In this document: positions 54,398 to 63,899 of the stretch, piece by piece | How the letters are laid out: every line of letters starts with the position of its first letter | How positions within the stretch are numbered: position 1 is the first letter of the stretch | Source of the DNA: a virus | Taxonomy: Duplodnaviria; Caudoviricetes | Strand: one strand, 5' to 3' | Virus record (IMG/VR): IMGVR_UViG_3300031673_000001 | DNA length: 64,000 bases | Position numbers and translations under genes: made by a program | The notes under the pieces: generated by a model | Database searches by the model: none | Told to the model about the DNA's origin: nothing | What the model saw: only the letters and a program-made list of their open reading frames with translations

Positions 54398-55154
54398 ATT
54401 TAATTACTACACTCTTCAATGGATTCATCAAATTTATAGCATCATTAGTAAATTTCTCTTTAACTGTTATTACACTAGTTCCACATAAAACTGCAAATTT
54501 TGCTAAATCATCATCAAAATTTGAAATAACAAATTTACACTTCTTTAAAAGTTCAATCAAACATCCTAATGTAGAAGAACTTTCAGTGCACATATATTTT
54601 ATCTTCTCATAAAAACTCTCACTTGTAATCACATTATAATTTTCTAATTCTATACTTTCATCATTTGTAACTACAATATTCGTTAAATCTTCATAAACTT
54701 TATTGATTATGTAAGAGTTTTCAGATCTTGGTTTATAATCATAATCCATATGTGCTCGTGGAAATTGCCATTTCACTTTATACATAAAACCTTCAATTCT
54801 AGGTGCATAATGATCTACTATCTTATATGTCTTCATATACTTTTTTTCTATAAAATTATAAATATGCACATATTCATCAACATAATATCCTTTAATCTTA
54901 AATCCATCCTCCTTATATATATTGTCATCTATTTTAAGAGGGACCAATATACTTGCGTACTGCCCATATAAATCGAAACTTCTTGATCTCGTAAAAACTA
55001 TTAGATGATAATTAGGAAATCTCTTTTTTAATGAGATAGCATATGGAGCAAATCTATACATCTCCCAATACAACTCACCAATAAAAGGACCAAATATAAA
55101 TGCTTTTTTACTTCCCTTTACCTTTCTCTGGTTTCGGATCATTAGTTTTCTCAT
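54345..55154 (-). CDS. Glycosyltransferase-like protein, paralog 1
   Basis: GPFIGELYWE.YRFAP...FDLYG..ASILVPL shared with 55337-56263. Confidence 0.6.
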   Translation of the reverse strand: MRKLMIRNQRKVKGSKKAFIFGPFIGELYWEMYRFAPYAISLKKRFPNYHLIVFTRSRSFDLYGQYASILVPLKIDDNIYKEDGFKIKGYYVDEYVHIYNFIEKKYMKTYKIVDHYAPRIEGFMYKVKWQFPRAHMDYDYKPRSENSYIINKVYEDLTNIVVTNDESIELENYNVITSESFYEKIKYMCTESSSTLGCLIELLKKCKFVISNFDDDLAKFAVLCGTSVITVKEKFTNDAINLMNPLKSVVIKCDTVDEGIDQYEDYFRS

Positions 55155-55344
55155 TCACTAATATAGTTAGTCTTTTAACCTCACCTTGTAATTTTGCAAT
55201 CTCATATTTCATACCACTTAGCATTCCTCTAATTTCTCTAATCGGAAATTCTTCATAACTTCCGCCCATCATTTCTAATTCAATAAGATGTTTATCAATC
55301 TTCTCAATCTTTCTTAAATTCGCTTCCAAAAATGCATTATCCAT
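55108..55344 (-). CDS. Small coiled-coil protein
   Basis: Coupled ORF. Confidence 0.6.
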   Translation of the reverse strand: MDNAFLEANLRKIEKIDKHLIELEMMGGSYEEFPIREIRGMLSGMKYEIAKLQGEVKRLTILVNEKTNDPKPEKGKGK

Positions 55345-56263
55345 TTTTTATTTCTCCTTTTTTTCTATTTAAAATTTTCTTAAAATTTTCATATATTTTC
55401 TTTGGTTCAATATCGTATTTACAATCATCAATAAATACGATTGAAGTATTATGAACATTATACGTTTTCGTATGCAACGATTTCTGACATCCAAATTCTA
55501 ACACTGGAACTTTATACAGCAAAGAAATATTTGGAATGGCACTTTGAGAACCAAATGTGAAAAATGCCTTTTCCATTATTACTAATAAAATACCAACCAA
55601 GGAAGAGCTTCCATTTAGTTTTATTTTATTCATATCCAAAAATCTATCATACTTATCCGGTACATATTCATTAACCTTTCCACAGATTATAAAATTATAA
55701 AATTCATTTAAATCTTTATCCTCATAAAGCATATCATAAAAACTTTGCCAGTGTATCCAATTTCTTCTAAATCCAATTCTAAATCTCGGGGAAATAACCA
55801 CAATAGGTTTGTCTTTTGGTAAATATGCGTCAACCAAATTATAATTATTTTCTCTTGGAGCAAATTTGAAAACCATACGTTGTCTATCATACTGATGTTT
55901 TCTATCAAAGAATCCCTTCTTGACATTGGGATAGATATGTTCCATTATATTATACTTAACTTCATATTTTTTTCTAAATTTTTTACTAATTTCTTCATAT
56001 TCTTCAGGATTCAAACCATTTAATCTAAAACAATTTGGTTGTTTTTTACCTACATAATCTCCATCAATTCTTAAAGGAACTAAAATACTAGCAAACTTTC
56101 CATATAAATCAAACCTTTCTTCTCTAGTATAAATAATATATTTAACATTTCTTTTTTTATATTTTTTAGATCTCATAAAAGGAAGCATTGGTGCAAATCT
56201 ACCACATTCCCAATAAAGCTCTCCAACGAAAGGTCCCATAAGAACAGCATCTTCTTTCTTCAT
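55337..56263 (-). CDS. Glycosyltransferase-like protein (GT9-like C-terminus), paralog 2
   Basis: GPFVGELYWE.GRFAP; GSQSAIPNIS..YKVP. Confidence 0.65.
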   Translation of the reverse strand: MKKEDAVLMGPFVGELYWECGRFAPMLPFMRSKKYKKRNVKYIIYTREERFDLYGKFASILVPLRIDGDYVGKKQPNCFRLNGLNPEEYEEISKKFRKKYEVKYNIMEHIYPNVKKGFFDRKHQYDRQRMVFKFAPRENNYNLVDAYLPKDKPIVVISPRFRIGFRRNWIHWQSFYDMLYEDKDLNEFYNFIICGKVNEYVPDKYDRFLDMNKIKLNGSSSLVGILLVIMEKAFFTFGSQSAIPNISLLYKVPVLEFGCQKSLHTKTYNVHNTSIVFIDDCKYDIEPKKIYENFKKILNRKKGEIKNG

Positions 56264-56264
56264 A

Positions 56265-57098
56265 TTACCAATCCTTGTTCATAGATTGATCATTAGAAAC
56301 CTTTTCATAGAAATCTTTAAATGTAAAGCTTTCAATATTCTTTTCAGCTTCTACAAATTGAATTAATTTTTCCCTTTTTGGATCATTTTTATGACTCGTT
56401 AATTTATTACAAACAGACCCCGCCATCTTTCCACAATGAACTCCTAATTTAACACCTATGCCCATTATGTAAGGTTTGTTTTCATTTTTTTGTTGCATAA
56501 GTTTCCAATAGTGTTGATCGTGCTTTTTATCTTGCTTCACTAATGGTCCCAATGCAAGAGTTCCAACATCTGAAAAAAAATTATTTCTCATACTCCAAAG
56601 ACCCGAACCTCCCAAGTGACCAACTTTTGCATCAACTCCATTAATTTTAATATTATCAGAAATTTGTTTAATTCCTCCAGGTAGCTGTCCAATAACTTTA
56701 ATATGTTTCATTTTATTTTCTTTAACATAATTCCATGCCAACTTAAGATTTTTATCCCATTCTGGAGCAACAATAATATCATTATCTAAACATACTAAAA
56801 AATCATACTTGTGTTTTATAGGATCCTCTTCATGCTGTCTACCAAAGAAATTAAATGCTGACGCTTTACTAAAAGCATTGAATGTTGAATCTTTTGTTGT
56901 AAATGTAATCTGCGCAATTTTACCTGCAATATACTGCTCACAAAAATAAGCAAAGTGTTTAGCTACCATATAATTAGTGCTATTATCATAAACATATATT
57001 TGGTGTGGTATTGTTGAATGCCTTCTTAATCCTTCAAGACACTTCTTTGTTATCTCTAATCTATTTCTTACCGAAATAAATATCTTAATCATTAGCAA
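56265..57098 (-). CDS. GT2 glycosyltransferase
   Basis: RNRLEITKKCL; VYDNST; CLDND. Confidence 0.85.
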   Translation of the reverse strand: MLMIKIFISVRNRLEITKKCLEGLRRHSTIPHQIYVYDNSTNYMVAKHFAYFCEQYIAGKIAQITFTTKDSTFNAFSKASAFNFFGRQHEEDPIKHKYDFLVCLDNDIIVAPEWDKNLKLAWNYVKENKMKHIKVIGQLPGGIKQISDNIKINGVDAKVGHLGGSGLWSMRNNFFSDVGTLALGPLVKQDKKHDQHYWKLMQQKNENKPYIMGIGVKLGVHCGKMAGSVCNKLTSHKNDPKREKLIQFVEAEKNIESFTFKDFYEKVSNDQSMNKDW

Positions 57099-58389
57099 TT
57101 AACTCCTCAATTTTTTCAACTGCTAGATCCTTATCTATTTGATCGTAACAGGGACTTGCACCATCTGATCCTGCTTTTGGACAAGGATTATGACCATGAA
57201 GAAAACAAGGAGAACAAGGCAAAACACCATCAACCCAACCTGCTTTAGGATATGTTTTTAATCTAATAAAACCTGGGAATGGACCATATATACCATAACA
57301 AGGAATATTCATTGATGCTGCAATGTGATTTAATGCTGAATCGGTTGCTACAGCACATTTTGATAAATAAGTTAGAGCAATTGTATAATCTAGAGTTTTT
57401 GAAAATTTTGAAAAGTTATAAACCTTACTTCTATCACAACTTAAATAATCCTGTATGAAATTATCCATCTGTTCTTCTTGTCTCTTCGTATCAGTTAAAA
57501 CAACATTATGCCCTTTATCTACTAATTTATTAATTAATTCTCCAAAAAACTCTGGTCGAGGTGTACGTATTGGAGAACTAGCTCGAACTTGCATAATAAT
57601 AAAATTCTTTTCTTCCAATTCCCAACCACCAAGAACATCTTTAACCTCATCAACAATATGCCATTTTGGTTCTTGCTCAGGAATTAATAATTTATCATCC
57701 AAGTCCAAACCAATCCATCTAGAAAAAAGATTATATGCATTTTGGTGTTGAGCTAACTTACATCTTTCAATAACACCTTCAAATAAAACATGATAATCAG
57801 AATCTAATAATAATCTTAATTGATAAGGTAGCTCAAGTAACTCATCAATACAATCCCAATTTTCAACCATCGCTTTATATTGCGGACCACAGGCAAATCT
57901 AATATAACAATTTGGATATTTTTCTTTTAGATATTTAAGATTTGGTTGAATAAATAAAAGATCTCCAATGCCACCTGTCCTAGAAACTAAAATTGACTTT
58001 CCATCCAATTCCTCTCCAGCATATGGACGATACACTCTTGAAAATTCAGGTTTGGTAGGTTTTAGAAGTGCTTTGCCACCTTTTTCTGGTTTGTGTAATT
58101 GCTGATAAACCCCTAATCCCATAACATACTTATTACCTTTTTTAAGAACCTGCTCCTTAAAAAAGTTTTGAACAAATGAAACTCTAGTTCTAGCTTCTGC
58201 AACAATAATATTTGGAGGACTCTTTCTCAATTCATCAAAATCAGCAACCATTTTAATATCTGCTGATTTCAAACCAAGTTCACGCATTTTTGATTTTGAT
58301 ACCTTTCGAAACTTTTTCATTTTTGGAAGATCGCTATACCAATACCCAAGATTACTTTCTGAATTCTCACCATTCAATTCAATAGACAT
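57085..58389 (-). CDS. GT9 (ADP-heptose heptosyltransferase-like) protein
   Basis: RTGGIGDLL; ASSPIRT; ATDSAL.HIAA....P..GIYGP; PCSPC..H..C..C. Confidence 0.85.
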   Translation of the reverse strand: MSIELNGENSESNLGYWYSDLPKMKKFRKVSKSKMRELGLKSADIKMVADFDELRKSPPNIIVAEARTRVSFVQNFFKEQVLKKGNKYVMGLGVYQQLHKPEKGGKALLKPTKPEFSRVYRPYAGEELDGKSILVSRTGGIGDLLFIQPNLKYLKEKYPNCYIRFACGPQYKAMVENWDCIDELLELPYQLRLLLDSDYHVLFEGVIERCKLAQHQNAYNLFSRWIGLDLDDKLLIPEQEPKWHIVDEVKDVLGGWELEEKNFIIMQVRASSPIRTPRPEFFGELINKLVDKGHNVVLTDTKRQEEQMDNFIQDYLSCDRSKVYNFSKFSKTLDYTIALTYLSKCAVATDSALNHIAASMNIPCYGIYGPFPGFIRLKTYPKAGWVDGVLPCSPCFLHGHNPCPKAGSDGASPCYDQIDKDLAVEKIEELIAND

Positions 58390-58410
58390 TATTCACTTCC
58401 TTTCTTGTAT

Positions 58411-59001
58411 TTATTTTTTCAACTCATTATCTAATTCTACACTTGCAATTGCTTTATAAATTAAAGCTTTTTCTGAAATAACTTCATCATATGCATTCTC
58501 AATAAGATACTTTACACTAAATTCTCTACCTTCAAGTTGATTTCTATCTTCTTCTTCACATCCTAATTCATCTTCAATATTACTCAAAAGCTCATCAGCA
58601 TCTTCATCTGGAACATGATCTATAGCATTAAAGACTTCAGCTACTCCTTTTTTACCTTTCCAACCTTTACTAACTGCAGCAAAAAATTGTTTTTTCTTTT
58701 CTCCTTCTAACTCATTTGGAGAATTAACACCAAATTTTTGTAGCATTCCTTTAAAATATTCTTGATATCCACTTTCTTCTCTTATATTATATTTTTCACT
58801 CATATCTAAAATAATATCAACCATGTCCATAGCTGATTCAATAAGTTTAACTTTACCATATCTTCCATCTAAAATATCGTCAACTAATGTATCTGAATCG
58901 CTCATAATTTTTTGCTCCTTAGTTGGAACTCCCATAGGACCCTGACCTTTTCCTCTGCCTTGACTTTTTTGTTCTCCCTCCGGGATACATTTTTTTCTCA
59001 T
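58411..59001 (-). CDS. Acidic hypothetical protein, putative virion/head component
   Basis: YQEYFK.ML.KFGV.SP.EL...KK.FF..V..GW; EE-rich. Confidence 0.65.
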   Translation of the reverse strand: MRKKCIPEGEQKSQGRGKGQGPMGVPTKEQKIMSDSDTLVDDILDGRYGKVKLIESAMDMVDIILDMSEKYNIREESGYQEYFKGMLQKFGVNSPNELEGEKKKQFFAAVSKGWKGKKGVAEVFNAIDHVPDEDADELLSNIEDELGCEEEDRNQLEGREFSVKYLIENAYDEVISEKALIYKAIASVELDNELKK

Positions 59002-59044
59002 TGGTCAATAAACCATCCCTTCTGGACATTTTGGATCTGCCATT

Positions 59045-59443
59045 TTATTCTCCTCCAGTGCCAGTACGCCTACGATAAGCGGCAACTTTTCTTGTTATTT
59101 GTGATATTCTATTACGTATTTCTAATCGTTTTTTTCTATATGAGTCAACAGCTGCATTGATTCCCTTTGAACATAATTTTGGATTACTTGCTTCCACACA
59201 TTGACTTCTTAATGTAATAATTCTTGCCAGAGCTTTATCAATAGCACCCATATGACAAGTTTCTTTACATAAATCTCTTACATATTTATTTTCTTCTCTC
59301 ACACATCTAGAATCATAACAATCAGTCCAATCCAAATTTTTTTGTCCTTTAATTCTAGCAATAGCTAATGTGGAACTGAATTCCTCTGATAAAAGCTCCA
59401 GCTTTTCATCTACAAGAACTTCAGCGTCATATAATTTAGACAT
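59045..59443 (-). CDS. Cys-helix family protein 1
   Basis: RSQCVEASNPKLCSKGI resembles 59454 and 62542. Confidence 0.65.
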   Translation of the reverse strand: MSKLYDAEVLVDEKLELLSEEFSSTLAIARIKGQKNLDWTDCYDSRCVREENKYVRDLCKETCHMGAIDKALARIITLRSQCVEASNPKLCSKGINAAVDSYRKKRLEIRNRISQITRKVAAYRRRTGTGGE

Positions 59444-59453
59444 TATATTTTCC

Positions 59454-60128
59454 TCAATCTTGTATATAATTTAAATATTTTAAAATCTCTTCTTCTTTTA
59501 ACTTACTTTTATATTTTTTTATCTTCGCTTTAAGTTTATTTATTTTAGAATCCATTTTCTGAATACATTGTTTAGGATTTTTTGTTTCTTTACAATCTTT
59601 TTTCTTATTTTGAATTGCAGAAATATAATGTTCAGCAGCTTTTGATTTAAAACTATTTATACAATTTTCTTTATCATTGCCACTTCTTCCTTTACACGCT
59701 TTAGCTGCTTGAGAAAAGAATTTTTTATAAGCAACAATTCCTACTGCAACAGCAGAACCAACAAGCAAAGCGACTCCAATTCCGATAGCAATATTTTGAT
59801 CTAACCCCAAAATTTTATCAGCAGATGTTGTTTTTGAATGTGACCCTAATGGTATTTTATCTGCATCTTGCCATTTTTCATATGCTCCTCTTGACTTAAA
59901 ATATTTGCTTTGAGCTGTTCGTCTGGCGTCCTTAATTTTTTCATAGTTATCTTTCACAAATTTTATTACATTCTCATCACCAGTTTTTCTAGCATCTTGT
60001 AATACATGAGCTGTATTTCTTTCCTCTCTTTTTAAACTAATAAAATATCTAAAAAGACCATTTAATTTCTTTTCAGCTTCTGGATCATAACGACTCTCTA
60101 ATATATATTCAGTGATTGGATCTATCAT
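59454..60128 (-). CDS. Cys-helix family protein 2 with TM helix
   Basis: TM, then AAKACKGRSGNDKENC...KDCKETKNPKQC..K.D.KI.KLK. Confidence 0.7.
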   Translation of the reverse strand: MIDPITEYILESRYDPEAEKKLNGLFRYFISLKREERNTAHVLQDARKTGDENVIKFVKDNYEKIKDARRTAQSKYFKSRGAYEKWQDADKIPLGSHSKTTSADKILGLDQNIAIGIGVALLVGSAVAVGIVAYKKFFSQAAKACKGRSGNDKENCINSFKSKAAEHYISAIQNKKKDCKETKNPKQCIQKMDSKINKLKAKIKKYKSKLKEEEILKYLNYIQD

Positions 60129-60141
60129 TATTTAGTTCTCC

Positions 60142-61158
60142 CTATTTTCCCATTCCTTTAACATCTGCAATAGTTCTAATAAGTAAACCATTGGCAACAG
60201 CAGTCAAAGGGTTTTTAGCTCGTCGAATCTCTGATACTTCAAATGGTAATTCTTTCTGCATAATTATTTGTCTAAATAAAGTTACAAATCCCTCTGGTAA
60301 AGAAGTTCCACCTGAAATTACAATTGGAATAGCATCATCCAATTCAATATCAGCTTTATCATTAAATTCTTTTATTATTTTTTTAATTGTATATTCAATC
60401 AATGCTTTATGATAATAAAATAAAGCTTCTAACATTCTTTTATCTTTTTTATTTTTAATGTTGACTTCGCCCTTTAACTTCATATACTTTTCTTTTTTAT
60501 TAGTAACTCTATTTACAACTACACCCATATCAGCAGCTACTTGTTCATCAATCCAATCTCCAGCTCTAGCTGTTGAAAATTTCAATACTTCAATACCTTT
60601 ATAAGCTATTGCAGCATTTGCCATACCAGCACCAAAACTAATACCAATTCCACTAAATTTTTCCTTTGCACACTCTGAAAATATAATTGCCATAGCTTCA
60701 TTTACAGATGTATGGTTAACACCCAAACTATTTAAAATTCTTGCAAATACACCTTCGTGATAAGTTATAGAACGTTCATTGTCAATGGACTCTGCTGGAA
60801 TTGAATATGAACAATACATATCTTTATCTTTTGTTTCACCAATCAAATCTTTAATAATCAATGTTAAAACATCAATAGCATTAATTTCCTTGGATGAAAT
60901 AAGACCCTTTTCCATAGGTCTTGAAACTTTTTGACCTAACATATTTGCTAACTCAAAAGCATGAGATCCAATCACATAAGTTTCACCTTCACTACTTTCA
61001 ACATAACTTATATCAGCAATATCTGGAATATCATCTTTATCTACTTCTAAAAATACATTTCTTGTCATTCTTATATCATCTGAATCAGATCTAGCACAAA
61101 CAATATTCATCGTACCAACATCGAGACCTATACAAGAAACCTTTGATTTCTCGCTCAT
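60142..61158 (-). CDS. Actin-like ATPase (MreB/ParM/FtsA superfamily)
   Basis: Phosphate-1 IGLDVGTMN; phosphate-2 ISFGAGMAN; adenosine VISGGTS; AVANGL. Confidence 0.85.
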   Translation of the reverse strand: MSEKSKVSCIGLDVGTMNIVCARSDSDDIRMTRNVFLEVDKDDIPDIADISYVESSEGETYVIGSHAFELANMLGQKVSRPMEKGLISSKEINAIDVLTLIIKDLIGETKDKDMYCSYSIPAESIDNERSITYHEGVFARILNSLGVNHTSVNEAMAIIFSECAKEKFSGIGISFGAGMANAAIAYKGIEVLKFSTARAGDWIDEQVAADMGVVVNRVTNKKEKYMKLKGEVNIKNKKDKRMLEALFYYHKALIEYTIKKIIKEFNDKADIELDDAIPIVISGGTSLPEGFVTLFRQIIMQKELPFEVSEIRRAKNPLTAVANGLLIRTIADVKGMGK

Positions 61159-61745
61159 TTACGTCCTCCCAATAATTTTGATAATGATTTTGCAGCATTA
61201 TCAATTTCTTCTTTTTGATCTTGTTTTAAAGATCTAACAGAAGATGATTTCAATTTTAAACTATCAATATCAACTTCTGGAATAAAGGCAATATCATCTT
61301 CATCATCTCTTTCTTTAATTTTTTGATAAATTAATCCATTACCTTTTTGTTTCTTTAAGATTTCTTGTGACATTCGTTCGAGTTGATTTAGCTTTTCAGT
61401 AATTTGTTCTTTATTTGAATTTTCATTTCCTTTTACTTCTCGATGAAATAGCATCGAGATCATCTTTTCTAATTTATCAAATCGACTTTCAATCTGCTTT
61501 CTATATGGATCAATCTTTTTTTTCTTCTTTTTCTCTGGTGCAAAATCTTTTTCTCTATAAACTTCTCTATGACCTTTTTCATTTACAGCAACTATTTCAT
61601 ATTGACTTATTCCACACACTTGCAAATGACCAATAACTGTTCTTATTTCAATTCTCGAAACATCAATATCAGCGGGTGTTCTAAAAGGAGCTACACCTGG
61701 AATTTCAATCAAGTGACCCTTTTCCATAACTCTTAAAGTTATCAC
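61155..61745 (-). CDS. Hypothetical protein
   Basis: Coupled to the actin-like gene. Confidence 0.7.
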   Translation of the reverse strand: MITLRVMEKGHLIEIPGVAPFRTPADIDVSRIEIRTVIGHLQVCGISQYEIVAVNEKGHREVYREKDFAPEKKKKKKIDPYRKQIESRFDKLEKMISMLFHREVKGNENSNKEQITEKLNQLERMSQEILKKQKGNGLIYQKIKERDDEDDIAFIPEVDIDSLKLKSSSVRSLKQDQKEEIDNAAKSLSKLLGGRK

Positions 61746-62533
61746 CTTAATTTTACCTTTGGAATTTTTCTCTTAAAATCGTTAATCATTCCTTTATATT
61801 TTATATCATCTTTTCTATACTTATGGTATGCTGTATATACAATCGCCAATGTTAAATTATATGCTGACTTTCCTAACCATGGAATAGATAAACCAAAAGC
61901 AGCTCCAGTTCCAAATAAAGTTATTAGCATCAATCCCTCAGGACTAGCAAACAATGTAACAAGAGAGTAACTTCCAACTAATGCTAATCCAATATCTGTA
62001 AAATTAAAATCATAATCTAAGTCACCAATAAAAGTCATATTCAACCAAAGATATAAAAGAAGACCAGCAATAACAACACCAGTAATTTTTTTAAGTATAG
62101 GATATTTATTTAAAACTTCATCAACCTTCATTACACCAGCTTCTAATTTTTGAAATACTCTAGTTTTATGAATTTCCTTAAAAACTTGTAACAAACCACC
62201 TCTTATTAATTTTGTAACCTCTCCAATACTTTTAAATATTAACTTAATATTGAATTTAAAAGCTTTAAACATACTATAAATATCTTTTTGTTTAAATGCG
62301 GAAACTAGTTCTGGAACTCCTATTTTAAAATCTTTTGCAATCTTACCAAGATTATATTTTAAATCACCAAATAGTCTCACAAGTTCCCTTGATAAACTCA
62401 TCTGTTTTATTCTATCAAAGAAACCTTCTGTTAACTGATTTGACATTACGAGATCGAACGCTTCACAATAAATCTCATAAGTTATAAAATCAAAATCTGT
62501 TTGAAGATATTCTAGATATGCTTCTGTTTCCAT
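61742..62533 (-). CDS. Multi-TM hypothetical protein
   Basis: Hydrophobic C-terminal half; N-terminus METEAYLEYLQ. Confidence 0.7.
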   Translation of the reverse strand: METEAYLEYLQTDFDFITYEIYCEAFDLVMSNQLTEGFFDRIKQMSLSRELVRLFGDLKYNLGKIAKDFKIGVPELVSAFKQKDIYSMFKAFKFNIKLIFKSIGEVTKLIRGGLLQVFKEIHKTRVFQKLEAGVMKVDEVLNKYPILKKITGVVIAGLLLYLWLNMTFIGDLDYDFNFTDIGLALVGSYSLVTLFASPEGLMLITLFGTGAAFGLSIPWLGKSAYNLTLAIVYTAYHKYRKDDIKYKGMINDFKRKIPKVKLR

Positions 62534-62541
62534 GTTGATCC

Positions 62542-63399
62542 TTATTTCATCTTTGACTTAACTTTTGAAATTTTTTCATCTAATTTGTCACTACACTTTT
62601 GTGGATTTGGTGTTTTAACACAATAACTTTTAGCTTTTTGTAACATCTCAATCTGTTTTTTTCTACCAGCATTTTTAAATTTTTCAATGCATTTTGTTTT
62701 AGCTTCTCCTTTACTACTCTTACAAGCATCAACTGCACCACTTGCTTTACTTCTATATGCTGAAAATGCTCCAGCTACTGCCCAAGCTAATAGAACTCCT
62801 AATGCTATAGCAGTACGATTACTTATCTGATAATCTGTAGTTGCACTACTATATACTGTAACCCATTCTTTTAGATTTTCTAAATGTTCATCTACAACAT
62901 CATTATCTGAAAAATTATTATCTGGATCCATTGTAATTGACCTCCCTATATTTAAAGCTTTCTCAATTATTTTTCTTTGATCAGGCATGACCAACATACC
63001 AGCTTGTCCCACTTCCAAAATAAATTTATAATCACTATGCTCTTTTGATAGTCTAATTTTTTGATCTGGATTCAACATTCGACATAAAAAATTATAGCAG
63101 GTAGTTTGTCTTTCCCCTCTATCAGCTAAATAAGTAAATTTATCAATGTATTTAATAGGAGTTACATCTAAACCAGTTTCTTCCTTAACTTCTCTTTTTA
63201 AACATTTGATTATATCTTCACCAACAGGTTTATCACATTTTCCGCGAGGAAATTCCCAATGAAGTGGCCAATGATCATCTGCAGATCTCTGTATCAATAA
63301 TATCATTGTCTCACCATTTTCGCCTTCCTTCATTACAATTCCAGCAGCTGCTTTCATAAATACTTTTGGTTTATCACTTATCATCTTCCTTTTCCTCAT
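62542..63399 (-). CDS. NUDIX hydrolase fused to a TM plus Cys-helix domain
   Basis: WEFPRGK.D..GE....CLKREVKEETGL; C-terminal AVDACKSSKGEAKTKC...YCVKTPNPQKC..K.D.KI.K.K. Confidence 0.85.
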   Translation of the reverse strand: MRKRKMISDKPKVFMKAAAGIVMKEGENGETMILLIQRSADDHWPLHWEFPRGKCDKPVGEDIIKCLKREVKEETGLDVTPIKYIDKFTYLADRGERQTTCYNFLCRMLNPDQKIRLSKEHSDYKFILEVGQAGMLVMPDQRKIIEKALNIGRSITMDPDNNFSDNDVVDEHLENLKEWVTVYSSATTDYQISNRTAIALGVLLAWAVAGAFSAYRSKASGAVDACKSSKGEAKTKCIEKFKNAGRKKQIEMLQKAKSYCVKTPNPQKCSDKLDEKISKVKSKMK

Positions 63400-63883
63400 C
63401 TAACATAAGACTTAAAACTTCCATCTGTCTCGGTGTTATTTTATTTGGATAACAACTCAAAGGAACTTTAACAAATTCAATTTTAGCTGTTTTCTCTAAT
63501 AATGCATCTAATTCTTTTTGTTTATTCTTAACTCCCTCAATATATTTAGAATGTTTTTCATCAACTATTTTCATCTCACCTATAAACAAGTTTTTATTAT
63601 TTCCAGTAAATACAAAATGACCCCGACCATCAATTGGTGACTTTTCACTTTTGAAATTTTTTTGTTCATCTCTTTCAGCATATTTTTCAATTACTGCCAT
63701 TCGATCATTTCTATATTCCTCCCCACCTTCTATGGCAGTTAAAGAAAGCTTTTTAACCTCATCAAGCTCATATAATCCAAGAGCAATATTTTTCATAACA
63801 GCAAAAGAAAACTCAGGAGTTGCTTCAACATTTTCAATCTTTTTCAACTCGTTAACAAATTCTAATATACTTTCTAACTTCAT
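63374..63883 (-). CDS. Hypothetical protein
   Basis: 169 aa, SD AAAGGA. Confidence 0.7.
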   Translation of the reverse strand: MKLESILEFVNELKKIENVEATPEFSFAVMKNIALGLYELDEVKKLSLTAIEGGEEYRNDRMAVIEKYAERDEQKNFKSEKSPIDGRGHFVFTGNNKNLFIGEMKIVDEKHSKYIEGVKNKQKELDALLEKTAKIEFVKVPLSCYPNKITPRQMEVLSLMLDEEKEDDK

Positions 63884-63899
63884 TTTTATTCCTTTCTTT

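Noticed and set aside
43292-58389. Cellular O-antigen or capsule locus, or host chromosome
   Set aside because: No wzx/wzy/wzz/ABC exporter; composition and SD style match the flanking phage genes; ORFs overlap continuously with them; motif A recurs nearby.
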